A stretch of DNA of 64,000 bases from Podarcis pityusensis (lineage: Eukaryota), in assembly GCA_964106645.2 (NCBI GenBank), contig OZ067041.1; one strand, written 5' to 3'. The first letter of the stretch is position 1. Every line of letters starts with the position of its first letter. Under the pieces are notes generated by a model. That model ran no database searches and had not been told where the DNA came from. It saw only the letters and a program-made list of their open reading frames with translations. The position numbers and the translations under genes were made by a program. Of the stretch, positions 11,261 through 24,872 are shown piece by piece.

Positions 11261-11514
11261 ATGCTATTTTATTTATTAAATTACTCATCTGTTGAATGGG
11301 CTACAGTAAATATAGCCCCCCACCACAGTCAAAGAATTCCCAAGTCACTAGTGCCTGTGAGTTATAAGTTACAACCTTTATGAAATAACATCAATTCTTT
11401 GTTACTGTCTGGATGTTTTAACAATTGAAATGCAGATACCAAGAAAATATTTTTTATGTATTCTAAATTTATGGGGCCTTCAAAGTCAGTCTTCCTTTTA
11501 TTGTCTCTTTTCAG

Positions 11515-11553
11515 TTCAGAAATGACTTGAACCGACAACAAAAAAGGAGCTGA
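11515..11553 (+). CDS. Candidate short alternative terminal exon (FRNDLNRQQKRS* in phase 0, or xQK* in phase 1)
   Basis: Long polypyrimidine tract CTTCCTTTTATTGTCTCTTTTCAG ending at 11514; AATAAA at 11761. No homology recognised. Confidence 0.25.
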   Translation, partial: FRNDLNRQQKRS

Positions 11554-12489
11554 CAGCAGTTTTTTTTTAGATAGCCACTTTATAGCTACACACTTTGCAA
11601 CTATATGATAGGGCAACCTATGTTGCCTTGAATACAAAATTAGCTTGTTGATATGTGCAGCTACAGACTGAGGAGCAGATGCAGTAAGTCTAATTCTAAC
11701 TTATTTACATAAAATCTCTAAAAGGACATGTTATTCCATGGTGCCATATCTATAGCATCTAATAAATTTTCCATCTTGTTCCATTAAGCCAATCTTATTG
11801 TCTCTGGTAATTTGATTTTTAAGAGGAAAATGACATCATTGCTCACCCAGAAAGCAGCTGATTGCCAAGATACAGATTTTAGGCTGCAGAGTTGTGCTAA
11901 TCTTACGTGGGGAAGTGGAATGAATGGGAGGGGGGCATTTTCACCTCCAGATTACCATGCTTCATGCTTTCCCTTGTAAAATTCACATGGGACTAATTCT
12001 CCTCACTGGAACAAAGTTGTCTGAGAATATTAAGCACTCCTACAAAGCACCCCTCTGCTTCACTAGATATCATGACTCATTTGGGTGTAGTATCCCTGAT
12101 CTCTGACAAGTAAAGATATACAGGCCAAACCAGCCTGTAGTGAAGCAGGTTCTGTGGTGGTTTGACACTGGTGCATTGTTTGCTGAATGGTGAACAACTG
12201 TGTGGCTGAGTGGAGGGACTCTTAATGAAAATCTGAATTGTGATGGCAAAAGAACTCATGTAGAGGACTGAGTAAGGGAATCAGAAAATTTTATGAAAAG
12301 GAATTGGGTTTCCCAGCCACTTCTACATATGTAATATTTAATTTCTATTATTATTTATTTAGTTTTCATCAAAGCTTTATTAGACTTCAAGCTGCAATAG
12401 ATTTGTCTTCCAAGAAACTGTTCTAATCTCAAACCTTTCCTGAAGCCGTAGGCTTGAAAAATAAGCGAGGATTAATTTGGTTTACATAA

Positions 12490-12880
12490 TTTAACTACTC
12501 TATTATAAACTTAAAAATGGAAAGTGTAATGCTGGTGGTCAACAAAAGAGGTTTAAAGACTGTCTCAAGGCAAATTTTAAAAAATGTAGTATAAACACCA
12601 ACAATTGGGAAACACTTGCCTGTGAGCGCTCCAATTGGAAAACAGCCTTTACCAAAGGTGTCATGGGCTTTGAAGACTCTTGAACTCAGGACGTACTAAG
12701 AGGAAGGCACACTTGGCAAATCCACACCGTGATCAACTCCCGCCAGGAAACCAATGTCCCCACTGTGGAAGGACGTGTAAATCCAGAATTAATCCAGTCA
12801 CTTACGGACTCATTGTTAAAACTGTGTTTATGGAAGACAATCTTACTTGGCTACGAGTGATCACCAAACAAGAAGACGAC
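12490..12880 (+). mobile_element. RTE-clade LINE 3' fragment (non-Bov-B)
   Basis: Translates LKNGKCNAGGQQKRFKDCLKANFKKCSINTNNWETLACERSNW (RTE ORF C-terminal G-R-KR-KD/W-LA-R-W pattern), then CPHCGRTC zinc-finger-like segment and a GAA-type tail. Confidence 0.8.
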
Positions 12881-14749
12881 ATAATTGGCTTTAAACAGAC
12901 GGTATAGACACTGAGTTGTGATAATATGGCTGCTTTGGGCTATTTAAAATGGACTTGCAATCCTATACATGTTTCCTCAGAAGTAACCCCCATTAAGTTC
13001 ACTAAGACTTGAAAGCAATATAGTGCTACTGTACTCATGTCCCGCTTGTGGGCTTGCCATACATATCTGGTTGGCCACTTGTATGCTAAATTATATGGGG
13101 TTTTGGTCTGATCTAGCAAGGTCTTATGTACTTAAAGGTGCACCGAATTCTAACCTACATCAATGCCTTTGTAAATGGGAACATTTTGCGGGTCAATGTG
13201 GGTTAAGAACAGGCTGGAACATGGTTGTCATGCACAGTTTGCACCATGTGGACAATTGTGTGAAAAGCCGTTGAAGTTCAGTATTTGTTATGTGAACTTG
13301 CATTGTGAGTTAGGGGTGTGTGCTTTGGTATTCTTCCAGCAATCTGACTGGATTTATTCATTCTACCAATCAGATTTGTAGCAGGGAATCTTGGGTATAA
13401 GGGGGAAAGTGATGTATTTACTTCAACATTATGTACCTTCTAGATATCTACTGCACTTTCTACAAGATTAAAAAAAAAAGTTGTGTGTTTGTCTACCCAT
13501 ATTCTTCATGTCAGCTATTAATAAAGGAAACTAGCTGTTTCTTTAAAAATTCATGTGGCTATTAATATTCTTTAGGCAGTACTTACTGATGGTGTAGTTG
13601 AAGGGGGGCGTTGTTTTAAATTAGCCTCACTAACCTGTCACTCACCAGATATTTTAGCTGTGTCTGGTATCATTTGAGAGATAAGATGCTACTAACAGAA
13701 CCACAAAAACTACTTCCCTTTTCAAGTGCATAAATAACAGTTAGGGGCAAGCAATCACCTGAAGGTATAGAAAATCTATTAGGTTTGAATTGAGTGCTCT
13801 TGTCTCATTAGAGAGCTATTCATTAGGATTCACAGATATGAATGCAATTTTGCTTTGGATATCGTGTTGATAATGAAGTATGAGTAAGGACATGAATAAT
13901 GTGCCCCGATACAGTATTTCAGGACTCTTTCCCAAGGAAAGTTTGAATGAAGTGATGGTGTGATTTGATAGGAATTAGTAAGTATTTAACTAAAGTACAA
14001 ATAACAGAAGACGACTGGGGGGGGGGGGAGAGAAGGGGGAGAAATGCCATTCCTTCCTCCCCGGAAAAGCATTCTGGTTTAAGAAAAGCTGCAAGCTTTA
14101 ATAATCAGTGAAAGAGAGAACACGAATGCCAGGATTTGGAAGAGATTTGCAGATGCACTGCTCTCTGAGGCAGAAAGAAGGCTCATTAAATGCAGGATGC
14201 TGCTGTGTCTCATTGTGTGTTTGCACTAAGGTATAGGTTTGCCAGGCTGACGTATCAGATAAAGTCAGAGTGGTTACCACACCAGCAGTGTAGCAGCTGC
14301 ATAATAAATGATGGAGAGAATCATGTTAGGCATGCCCACCTAACCTAACTTGAATCATGCGAAAGGGGAGCTATTGGAATTCAAATAGACTTTCTAGTTC
14401 CCAGCAGTCGGCAGCAATAGAATGCTTTCAGGAAGATGACAGATGCAGGGGAAAGATGCTGTTTTGCACTATCTTGATTTGTTACCGCAGCCAACTTATT
14501 GGCATGATGGAGTGACGAGAAAAGCAGCTGGCATGGAAGGTAGGATGATCAAAGCCTTTGCATTGTCGTGAATGTCATTAGAAACTGACCATGACAAAGC
14601 ATATGTTAGAATGAGCCTCTGTTGATAATGGCAGAGGATTTGTTGCTCAGGTCTTGAAACTCTCTGAAAACAGTGTTGCTTCTGCAAAATGGATTTTTGA
14701 ATTGCATTTCTGCTTGCGTTACGTCTTTTGTGCTTGCTTCTCACCTCAG

Positions 14750-14784
14750 GGAGCCACTTGCCTGAAAGATATTGTTATGAAAGG
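14750..14784 (+). CDS. Candidate 35-nt internal exon (xSHLPERYCYER if entered in phase 1)
   Basis: Strong acceptor TCTTTTGTGCTTGCTTCTCACCTCAG and strong donor AGG|GTAAGG; the phase 1 reading is open and exits in phase 0, matching the exon at 15011. Confidence 0.5.
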
Positions 14785-15010
14785 GTAAGGTTAGAGAACA
14801 AAGTGTTTTCGAAGTCTGGGGAAGCCCAGGTAAGGGGAAAGAAGCAACCCAGAAGCCTCAAAACGTTTCATATGGTTTAGTTGCATGGTCTTTGACTTCG
14901 AAATGCTGGCATATACATAGAGCTTGAGGAAATGAAGCTGCATATTTTGAACATTCTGAAATAGCAAATAGTATTGCAGATTCTGTTTTTGTAGTTTGCT
15001 TTGCCAACAG

Positions 15011-15196
15011 GGTTTCATCCTCCCCTTTTTAGTTCTTGCTGTGTGCTCACTTGTGTATTATTATTATAAAGAGGAAATTCATGTATATCTCCTGCAGGGT
15101 CTTTCAACAACTCTAGCATCTGTTTCAGCTACTGAACTGTATTCACGTTTTGCCAACTTGATGTCTGCCCAGCTGGGTCTATCATTTCTCGCATGA
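15011..15196 (+). CDS. Candidate terminal coding exon encoding a C-terminal transmembrane anchor
   Basis: Acceptor TTTGCTTTGCCAACAG; 61 open codons GFILPFLVLAVCSLVYYYY-KEEIHVYLLQGL...LSFLA* (hydrophobic helix with Tyr belt and charged flank); ATTAAA/AATAAA signals at about 15659-15697. Gene not recognised. Confidence 0.5.
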   Translation, partial: GFILPFLVLAVCSLVYYYYKEEIHVYLLQGLSTTLASVSATELYSRFANLMSAQLGLSFLA

Positions 15197-16374
15197 TTAC
15201 TGTTCTTAATTTCTCTGTATCAGCTTGTTTCAGATATAATTTTGAAAACTGCTAATGAGAAATGACGGCAAATGTGAAATCATTTGAAATGGAATATATG
15301 GGTGTTTTTCATTGTTGTTTTTTAACACAGAGGATATTCCAAATAAATTATCTTCCAGTCTGTAATGTTCATTATTCAGTTGCTGGATTGTTGTTTTGTT
15401 AGTATAGGTGAGCAATAAGCCAAAGTTTCAGGTGACTTTGTTAGAAAGTTTTGAGTTTATGTGAAAAAACAGTCTCTTAGCTCCATGTATCATTTCCCTT
15501 CACCCCCTTCCCTCATTCCTGGTGAGCAATATTATAGCAACATGCATGATTCATCCTGATCACCTGTGCAAGGTTGAGTCTTGCTGTTTATACCTTATTG
15601 GAAAAGAATGATTAATTAATTGCCAGTTTCCTGCTTTGTGGAAATAATGTTTGCTCACATTAAAAAGTAAGCTTATTAAAAAGTGAGCTGAAATAAACTC
15701 TGTACCAATAAGAATACCTAAGTTACATAAAATGTATATGTGAGTTTGTTAGACATTTGCAATCTGATATCTCATCAGCTAACACCTCGGTACTTTCATT
15801 TAAATATCTTATCATATCTGTATGTTTGTGCTAACGTCACGTTCAGTGATTGGCTGCAAACATGACTAATGTTTTAAGTGGCATCTGAATATACTTTTGT
15901 ATAGATAAAGGGAGCAGCTTGATATTAAAGTGGTGTTATTCTAAAACCAGGCAAAAATTAGTAACTTGGTATTTGCCAGGTACAAATTATTACGACAAAC
16001 TTGGTATTAGCCATTTTGAGCATTTCAGCTTATTTCCTTGAATTTAAAAAAGTTTAAAGTGCACAGAAAAAATATAAAGGTTGTTAATTTTCAGTATACA
16101 AACTTGTTCAGCGATTGAACTAATAATATCCTAATAAAATTCAAATGCTCTCTAGGCAGGCTTGGATAGCTCTAAGGATGCAGCAGGTGTATTCTCTTTT
16201 CTTGCACCTATTTTCCAAATTCATAGCATTTTCTTTCAAGTTGCTAAAGTGCATGCTTTGATTTTGCTTTTGTAAAGATAATAGAAGGCTGTCGCCATCT
16301 AATTGAAAATAGTGATTTTATAGTTTGCTTACATTTTGTCAAGAAGTGTGTGAACTTTGGACTGCATTAAGACA

Positions 16375-16391
16375 ACACTAGGTGGCGCTAG
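16375..16391 (+). promoter_or_regulatory. Candidate CTCF binding site
   Basis: ACACTAGGTGGCGCTAG closely matches the CTCF core (CCACYAGRKGGCRSY) and retains a CpG in CpG-poor unique sequence. Confidence 0.55.
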
Positions 16392-18229
16392 CAGTTGATT
16401 ATATACAAAATACAGAATCAAAGGCTTGGGTTAAGCTGCCTAATGTGCAAGCTGATTTCTATAAAAATAATGGTAATAATTTTTCAAAAACCCTGTCAGG
16501 CTTGAAGTCAAACCTTCAAGTCATGAAATGCTAAAGTTGCTGGAGTTTGAAGGAAATAGACTTCAGCTAGTCCAGACACTGGCCTGCTTAATGAGTGCCA
16601 TGCGAGGTAATGCTGCAAACATGGGCACAGGTAGAGGGATTAGAGCAAGCAAATGGGAATGAAGGCATAAAATAAGCAGCTTTTTATTCGAGTATACAAT
16701 TTATCTCATTTGTATCCTCTGTTGTTTCAAGGAGCAATAATGTATCCCTCCCTATTTTCAAAATATTGGATTACATAAATATTTTGGACTTTCTCTGAAA
16801 TATTTTGTTGAAATGAAAAACTTAGATTAAATGAATGATTTGGGGGGGGGGGGATGATTACTGGCATTTTATAATGCACAAGGAAAAGTAGGCCAGAACT
16901 GCATGCAAAGTTAACATCCATTTGGTTTTTCCAGTACTTTTGGCAGTAAAATGGTAACATGGAGAATCGTTTAGCTGATCCTGTGCACATTTATGTGAAA
17001 ATGAGTGCCAATGGGATTTACTCCCAAAGAAGTATGCAAGAGATTTAGCTTTAATAGGAATGGAAAGGGAGAGACAGGAGATCATCTATAGTCTCCCTGC
17101 GTTTCACAACATTTGGAGAATGTTGATAAATCTAGAGGCCTGGTTGGTAGTCTAGTACTACCCTGGCTCCAAACCTTGAGAAAAATAACATCCATGTAGA
17201 ATCACTAGTTGAAAATAGGTTGGGTTTTATGTTGCCTTTGAATTGGGCTTGTATTGTCTCTGGATTCATTAACACACAACTGGCCAGTCATAATTTTTAC
17301 TGCTCTTTATTAACCAACCTGTAGAGTCCCAGCAAAAAGAGCTGTAGAATTCCAACAGAAGGAGGAAGAGCAGAGCAAGGAAGAAGTACAAACACAGCTA
17401 AGCCTCTGTGACAGGAGGGAAAGTAATAGGGTGCATGAAAACTGCAAAGGCAAGGTAGCTGAACAAATAAAGTCCAATTATAACGATTAGATACTATTTA
17501 TTATTCCGTATTATTTGTAGAATGGTAGTGCCTATACTGATAATTTTATTATGTCCCTATTTTTATAGTGCTACAACTCTGAAGAATTATTGAATATCTA
17601 GGTTTATCTGATTTAAGTGGCAAGGTAATATAGATTTAAAAAATGCAAAAGCTGGTAAGCATCCAAAATGAATCCTAAACAAAGGAAATGCTATTGCAAG
17701 ATGCTGACAAAATGAGGATTTTGTTTTTTAAAACAATAGCTCAGCAAGTTTCAGCCTGTGGTTGTTAAGGCCTTCCTCATGGTCAACATGAAAAAGAAGT
17801 CTTCAAAGATCTCTTCTTACTGTATCACTTGTTTGCACTAACTGGCAACATTATACGATTAATGTATACAATTGACTGATATCTGCAGGCTTGCCACAAT
17901 GGGAGTTTGAAATGTCTCAGGACACCAGGTTGAGGAAGGCTGCTGAATACAAAGAGCAGATTTTTTTTTTTAAACAGAATTCTTAACTTTGCTAAGGAAA
18001 TTCAGTCCCAGACCCAGAACTGAAACTCTCTTAGCCCTTCTCTGGGCACGGTTATCCTTTCTCTCAGCAATGGATTTACTTTGAAGAAGTTGGTAATGAT
18101 GGAAGACCATCTTGTATCTATCATCCCACCCACTTCTTAAGGTTTGGTTAGGGAACTGTGGAAAATGTATTTCTTGAGCTTAAACTGTTTCTGAAGATCA
18201 AGAATGTTGGGGCTGTATTGGGGCAAACG

Positions 18230-18454
18230 AAGTTAGACCATTGGTCCACTGAGCTTGGTATTTTCAACACTTAACCTGCAATGGCTGCTCATAGTTTCAA
18301 ACTGGATGTTTCCAACCCTACCAGACATCTGAAGGCAGCCCTGTTTAGGGAAGCTTTTAATATTTGATGAATTATTGTATTTTAATATTTTGCTGGAAGC
18401 CGCCCAGAGCAGCTGGGGAAACTCAGCCAGATGGGTAGGGTATAAATAATAAAT

Positions 18455-18490
<36 letters not shown>

Positions 18491-18568
18491 CTGGAGATGC
18501 CAGGGATTGAACCGGAGACCTTTAGCATGCTAAGCATGAGTTCTACCACTGAGCTATGGTGCTCCCCT
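18230..18568 (-). mobile_element. Squam3-type tRNA SINE split by an L2 insertion
   Basis: 18491-18568 reverse complement gives CCATAGCTCAGTGGTAGAAC...AAGGTCTCCGGTTCAATCCCTGGCATCTCCAGGTAG (A/B boxes); the remainder lies at 18230-18322; collinear with the copy at 57416. Confidence 0.75.
18323..18490 (+). mobile_element. L2 LINE 3' end with (TAC)n tail
   Basis: GGAAGCCGCCCAGAG...CAGCCAGATGGGTAGGGTATAAATAATAAA followed by (TAC)n; CTACC duplicated at 18318-18322 and 18487-18491. Confidence 0.75.
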
Positions 18569-18819
18569 AAAACTGACACTCCCTCTTCCCCTTAAGCAGA
18601 GGGGATGCTGCAGCAAGAGTTTGTGAGTGACTGATGTTCTTAAATGTACTTTTTAACACGTGTCAGTGATTAAGAGTAGAGGGACAAATGCAAGTGGTCA
18701 AGCACAGGTAGAGGAATTAGAAAAGAGACCTTAGGAGACAGGAAGCAAAACTGTGAACACAAAAGCTATAACTGCAAGGAGCACTGAACCCAGTTGTTTT
18801 TTGTCCTGTTTCTGATTTA

Positions 18820-19174
18820 AAAGGTAAAGGTAAAGGGACCCCTGACCATTAGGTCCAGTCGTGGCCGACTCTGGGGTTGCGGCGCACATCTTGCTTTATT
18901 GGCCGAGGGAGCCAGCGTACAGCTTCCGGCGCATGTGGCCAGCATGACTAAGCCGCTTCTGGCGAACCAGAGCAGCGCACGGAAATGCTGTTTACCTTCC
19001 CGCCAGAACAGTACCTATTTATCTCCTTGCACTTTGACGTGCTTTCGAACTGCTAGGTTGGCAGGAGCAGGGACCAAGCAACGGGAGCTCACCCCGTCAC
19101 GGGGATTTGAACCGCTGACTTTCTGATCAGCAAGTCCTAGGCTCTGTGGTTTAACCCACAGCAGCACCCGTGTC
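18820..19174 (-). mobile_element. Sauria SINE, full length, young
   Basis: AAAGGTAAAGGTAAAGGGACCCC tail, CpG-retaining body, perfect 15-bp TSD CCTGTTTCTGATTTA at 18805-18819 and 19175-19189. Confidence 0.95.
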
Positions 19175-20239
19175 CCTGTTTCTGATTTAGAAGTGGGGAA
19201 ATTGGTTTTTGGGGAGAAAAGGGAAAAACAGAGAAATCATATGTCATTTTTCATGATATATTAGCAGTTAATATATTAAAAGAGGCTCGTAGGAGGATAT
19301 TCCACAGTTTGAGAACCACTACCCTACATTAACACCTGACAGAAGTTAATGTGCCCTAATGATTGTATGGAACCAGATTTAGATGCAATGGTGGGCTCTT
19401 CTTGTCTACTCTTTCTTTGCTGCTCCGGTTGCATAGAAGAAATCTGGGTTTTGTTTGACAGGACAACGAGCCAAAGTATGTGTGAAAACATGACAAGCTG
19501 GGTAGAAATGATGGGCTACTTTGAAAAGTATACTGCTTACTCCCTGAAGGAGCACAATTATATTTGTCAGTTAACATTTACTGAGATGCATGCTAGCTCG
19601 TGTGAAGAATTTTCTCTTTTTTTTACAATAAAACCTATTTTAATTAGCTCATTTGAGTCCCTCTGTCTTAATGAGAAATCATTGAGGAGGGAAAATCATT
19701 TGAGAGAGGCAATTATGGACGAAACAGAGTTTGTGAAAGCCTTTTGAATGAGGGAGAGAGAGACTAACATCCAGTAAAAATGCTGAGAGAATAAACTGAC
19801 CAGATTCTGAAAGACTCAAATGAATCGTACTGGGAATCCAAAAGAGGATGACCAAAAATGACTTGAGCCTTGAAATCAAAATGTAGTGCCACAGAAGTGA
19901 AAGTATCCTGATTCACATTACTGAGACTTCAGTCATTAATATTTTACATAACATCTGACTTTTCTTTACCCTCATAGTGTTGCAAACACTGTTCTTGATG
20001 TCTGAATTACTAGGATATTAAAATCCTGTTACTGTACTATTGTTGGGCAGTACAGTATAAGCAAACAAGTACGAGTCAGTTCCAAAGTTACTGTTAGGGT
20101 AATAATCTTCAAACCTCGGACATCTGAGATAGTTATTTCAAGCTTTTGAGCACCTGTACTTGCCATTATCAGCTGTATTAAGATACTCTTTAGAAGCACC
20201 TCCAGCTGTGTGAAAAGAATCGCTTTTCCATGAGTTGAT

Positions 20240-20466
20240 CTACATGAGTTGATCTTCGGCCAAGGCACAGTTTGACCCCCCTCCTTTGGTAATCCTCATA
20301 GAACTCTAGCCCAATGATTGCCATTAATTTGTTTCTGATTTGATTTTAAAATGAATTGATTTTAGAATGCTGTGTTACTTTTATTGTTGTTGGCCGCTCT
20401 GAGCCTGGCTTCGGCTGGGGAGGGCAGGATATAAATAAAAATTTATTATGATTATGATTATTATTA
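20240..20466 (+). mobile_element. L2-type LINE 3' end with (ATT)n-like tail
   Basis: GGCCGCTCTGAGCCTGGCTTCGGCTGGGGAGGGCAGGATATAAATAAA followed by TTATTATGATTATG repeats. Confidence 0.65.
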
Positions 20467-23400
20467 GGGGTTGCATCTGAATAGCACACAAGCCCTGTTT
20501 AGGTATCATCAGTGCTTTTTTTTCTGGGTGTACTCAAGGGTTTGCAGTACCAGCACCATTATTCTAGAAGAAAATACTGGGTATTATAAATAGGGACCAT
20601 GCTCAATAGCCCACCTCCCACGTTATAAATGCCAAGTAGCATCTACACAGACAACATGAACATTTTCAAGGAGTGAGCCTTTGCATGGGCTGTACATGCA
20701 AAGGCTTCTGTGTGTCCTGGATTCCATTGGTAGATTGGGTTCCAGATTGTATCAAAGCCTTTTTATGTAACATGTATGTGCAAAAGCACCCTCCTTGCAG
20801 TTGTTTCTGCTGTGCATGCAAACAGTATGGAAAAGGGCTAATCACTGTTCGTGATGTCAAAGGCAGGGCTACTCAGCCCGCCCCAGTCCCTATTATCATG
20901 TTTGCCTTAATCAAGAGTGCTGCAGTGCCTAAAGAGGGCTAGACATGTGGGCAGTTGTATGTTGAATTGAATCCAGGGAATCAGTTTCCAGTTCCATGGG
21001 GAAAACCTCACATAATCAAGCTCACTCAAATTGTTGCATCATTCTTGTTGCTGCCCTAGCAGCATGGGTTCAATTCATGGAACAGCAGTGATTCCATTAT
21101 GGGTGGAAGGCTGGGGGCCCTTATTAAAACTAAGAAGGCCCACCTCCTGAGCATCGAGTTTTAGCCAAGTCATGCCTGTCTATTGCATAGTAGGGGGTTC
21201 ACCTAATGATCCCACTTCCACAATGGGGCTTTTCCTCTCTAGCCCCTCAAATTGGCTCTGAGGGGGTTGGGAGAATCCCCCAGAACAATGTGCAGGGAAA
21301 GGGGGACCATTCCATCTGTTTGTAATAGTGCCCTGTTGAATTCAAATGTGGAACCACCTCCCCACCTACATTCAGAAGTTTTAAAGTCCCATGAGTTTTC
21401 TAACGGGGTTTTCAGTTAGAAGAGTTATAGGCAACATGAGACTCACCTCCTGCATCTGTTCAGCCTATAAGCTGATTTAGAGAGTGTACAAATTTTCAGG
21501 GCAGTGTCTTGGCACCTGTGGCCTACTTCTGATTTAAGATATATTCTGAAATACATCCTTTTAGGTTTCTGCCCTAGTTTCCTGAACCTCATTAATTTTT
21601 TTAAAAGGAAACGTTAGGAAATTGGGGGGGGGGCTTATTTCAATTCTATAGCTGACTGAAGAATAGGTATTTGAGGATAAATAGAGTGTGTTTAATTCTG
21701 ACACCCACCCAATTTAGATTTGAGACATCCTATCATGCTTGAATGGTGTCTGGGAGAGAATGAGTCAAAAGATATTTATGGAAACATAACAGAGCCTTCC
21801 CCCATACAGCTGAAGGAATTCAGTTACTCCACACCCGCTGCAGGAATGAATTCTTAATGTCCACTAGAGACGTGTGTTCTTTCATGACATGAGTGACATT
21901 TTTTTTATATTTTTCAGCATGACATTTAGCTGCTGTGAGTTATTTATCTTTCTTTTTTTATCTTATTCACACACAGAGATATATGCCAATAATATATATA
22001 ATATATCAAAATCTCATAAATAGATTAGAAATATGAAGTTTAAAAACACATAAATCTAATGGGTTATTTAAATAGCATCTGAATAGCAAATCTTTTTTCA
22101 TACGACACCTTTCCAACATTCTATACATTTCTGAATGTACTAGTGAAATGCATTTTAATTCTCTGATTTCATAGGACATTAGAAATAGATTATATGTATG
22201 TGTATCAAAGTAATCTGCCAAATTACCTCTATCTGCCCCCCCCAAAACCCTGATATATGCATGTATGTGATGTGGCCAGGCATAACAACTGTTTGATTCT
22301 TCATGGAATCAAAGAATACCTTGTAAGAATCTCATACTAATTCTTATTTTTGTACTAAGCAAACACATGGTAGCATGCAAATTTCTATTTTTCATTTTCC
22401 TTCATTAAGGAGTTCTCTGCTAAGATCTTTAATTCATGATAAACTATAAGTAACAATAAATGTAATATTTGATTCTAAAAGGTTTTTATAGTCAATTGTA
22501 TAATCTAGAGAGCAATGCATTGCCCATTTTGTCCAATTAGTCTCTTATAGGCATTCTAGTCACATGTAGAAGCATTATGCAGACAGGCAGAGCAGGGAAT
22601 GAGCGTGCCAAACTCTGCCCTCCACTGCCCATCCCACGCCACTCACAGAGAGTGATGGGTGTGGTGGCAGAGGGCAGAACGCTGCATTCTCACCCCGCTT
22701 TGTGTGCTTCTTTCACATGAAAATCAAGTGCCTTAAGATGGCTATAGATTTCTCAAATTACATTTGTAGTTCTCAATATGTCAGCTCCTAATTTAATATT
22801 TACCAAATTCCTAAACAGGAAAAACAGAAGCAGATGAGGTCTCTCTGTAGTACACAATTGCATGTTGATACAAAAATACATTATTCTACAGTGTCCAGCT
22901 ATGTTTTACAGCATGTCAGGTTAGGGCAGTTAACGCAACAGCACCATATTGGATATAACATGGTCATGGACGGACTTTGGTCTTTCAAATTTCAGCAGCA
23001 CCCTGTTTGAGGCCAAAATTCAGTGCCCCCCTGCCTTTCTGCTCAATTCACTACATCATAGTTGCAATCACCTGCAGCACCTCCTAGGCTCGGCATCCAG
23101 TGTGGCAGAAACGGTAACACTGCCCTAAATCCACTACTCTAAATCTGCCTTTGTCTTGGGAATATAAAGTAAGCAACAGCTCTGCTTTTACTGCAGAATA
23201 CCTAATGTATACATAAAGGTGGTCACTGAAGCATAATTGTTTTGATGTAAGCATTCCTATTGGCCAGAGCCATTTTGTGGGGTTATATCAATCATTGTTT
23301 TTCAGGTTGTCACTTGTTTCTGGTTGTTGGAACACTTTCATTGTTGTTATATTGCACAAACTCACACTATACTTCTGAAGTGCTACTGAGTTTCCAGCAG

Positions 23401-24872
23401 TGAAATTTCTCACATTCTATACAGTACTTCTAAGGGCAAAAGATGTGAAGGTATTATAGGTTCTATATTTGTCTTGTAATTATTCATTGAAGGGGTGGGG
23501 GTTGGGGGAGTAACACCTAGCTAGTTAACAATAAAGGTAAAAGTCAGGTATCTGCAGTAAATCAAAGAGACATCTTTCTTTAGGGAAAAATATAAGCATT
23601 TTTTATTTCTTACGCACTCACAAAGAAAGACATCTTTTTTCTGTGTGTGTGCGCACATTTCAAATGAGTCTCAGCTTGACTTTCCCATGGTGGATGCATT
23701 CAGCTTGGAGCTAAGAAAATGAAGATTGAAGCTTTCAAGAAGTCAGATCCTTGTAATCCTATTTGCATCAATTTAACAGTACAGGTCTGAAGTTTGATAT
23801 TAAAATAAACATTGTTAACCTTGGGGAGTAACCAGTGTGGGATGTCACTGATTAAACCTTGCATCACAGCATCCTGGGAGAGGAAGGGAAAGATGAGGAA
23901 ATCATATATATAAAAGAGATGTTGGATACTTCTGTATAATAGTTTACTGAAAAAATATATGCAAATGATGCCCCCTGCAGAAGGAGATGGTAAAGCAACA
24001 AGCTTTTCACAAACCAGAGAGATCTTATAAGAAGTTAACACCTAGCACTAAGGTCTTCCAGAACATAATTTGTTATTTGTGCTTATATATAGCAGATGAG
24101 AGAGACTGAGGGAATGGTGCAAAGTATATGGGCCTGAGCCTAAGTATGGGCCTGAGGCTGTCTAGGAGCGCATTTACCGGTATATCCCTCAGAGCAACTC
24201 CAATGAAGGGTAAAAAAATAATACCTGGCTTTTGAAACTAGAGCCCTGTGGCCACAAAACTAATACAGTTCTCACTTTGGATGTGTATAGTACTGCAGTC
24301 ATCAGTAAAAGAGGATCTGAGATGGAAACATGTTTTTTCTTTTCTTTTAATGGATAGTGACCTGTAGAGTGATGCAAAGGTGAAAAAAGGATTCTGTATA
24401 AAATTTGATCAGGGACAACTTGTTATACAGGTTCAATCTTCACAGCACTCTGAGGTACAGGAAGCCTCTTCTACTAACTTTACTTATGATTAACTGGTAT
24501 GAGAGAACCTGCTGTATCTTGCGTTCTCCTTTTAAGTGTGGTGGTGTTTTGAGCACCAGAACATGGTGGTTCCAAAGTTATTACAAAGCCATTATCAATA
24601 AATTCCTTGAATGGTGTGCCAGTTCCTGGAATAACATGTCAATAGACCACTATCCTTTTGCAATATTGTCCTAAACTATGTGTTGCTCCAGTCCTAGCAG
24701 AATCAGGCTCCTACTGGCAGATGCTCTCTCTCCAAAATGTATTCTTATGGGCCACAATCACCTACAATAAATGTCAGTTCATTAACCACTTTGAGAAGCT
24801 TTAGTTTAAAATGACAGGTCATTTTAAAATAACTGAAAAAACTGGTAAAAAAAGAGAAAGATTGTCCTAGCC

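Noticed and set aside
15833-15855. CRE half-site plus CCAAT box (ERSE-like spacing)
   Set aside because: CCAAT-N9-TGACG is not the ERSE consensus and lies outside any promoter-like context.
19349-19747. 132-aa + strand ORF
   Set aside because: No recognisable domain, and composition typical of translated non-coding DNA.
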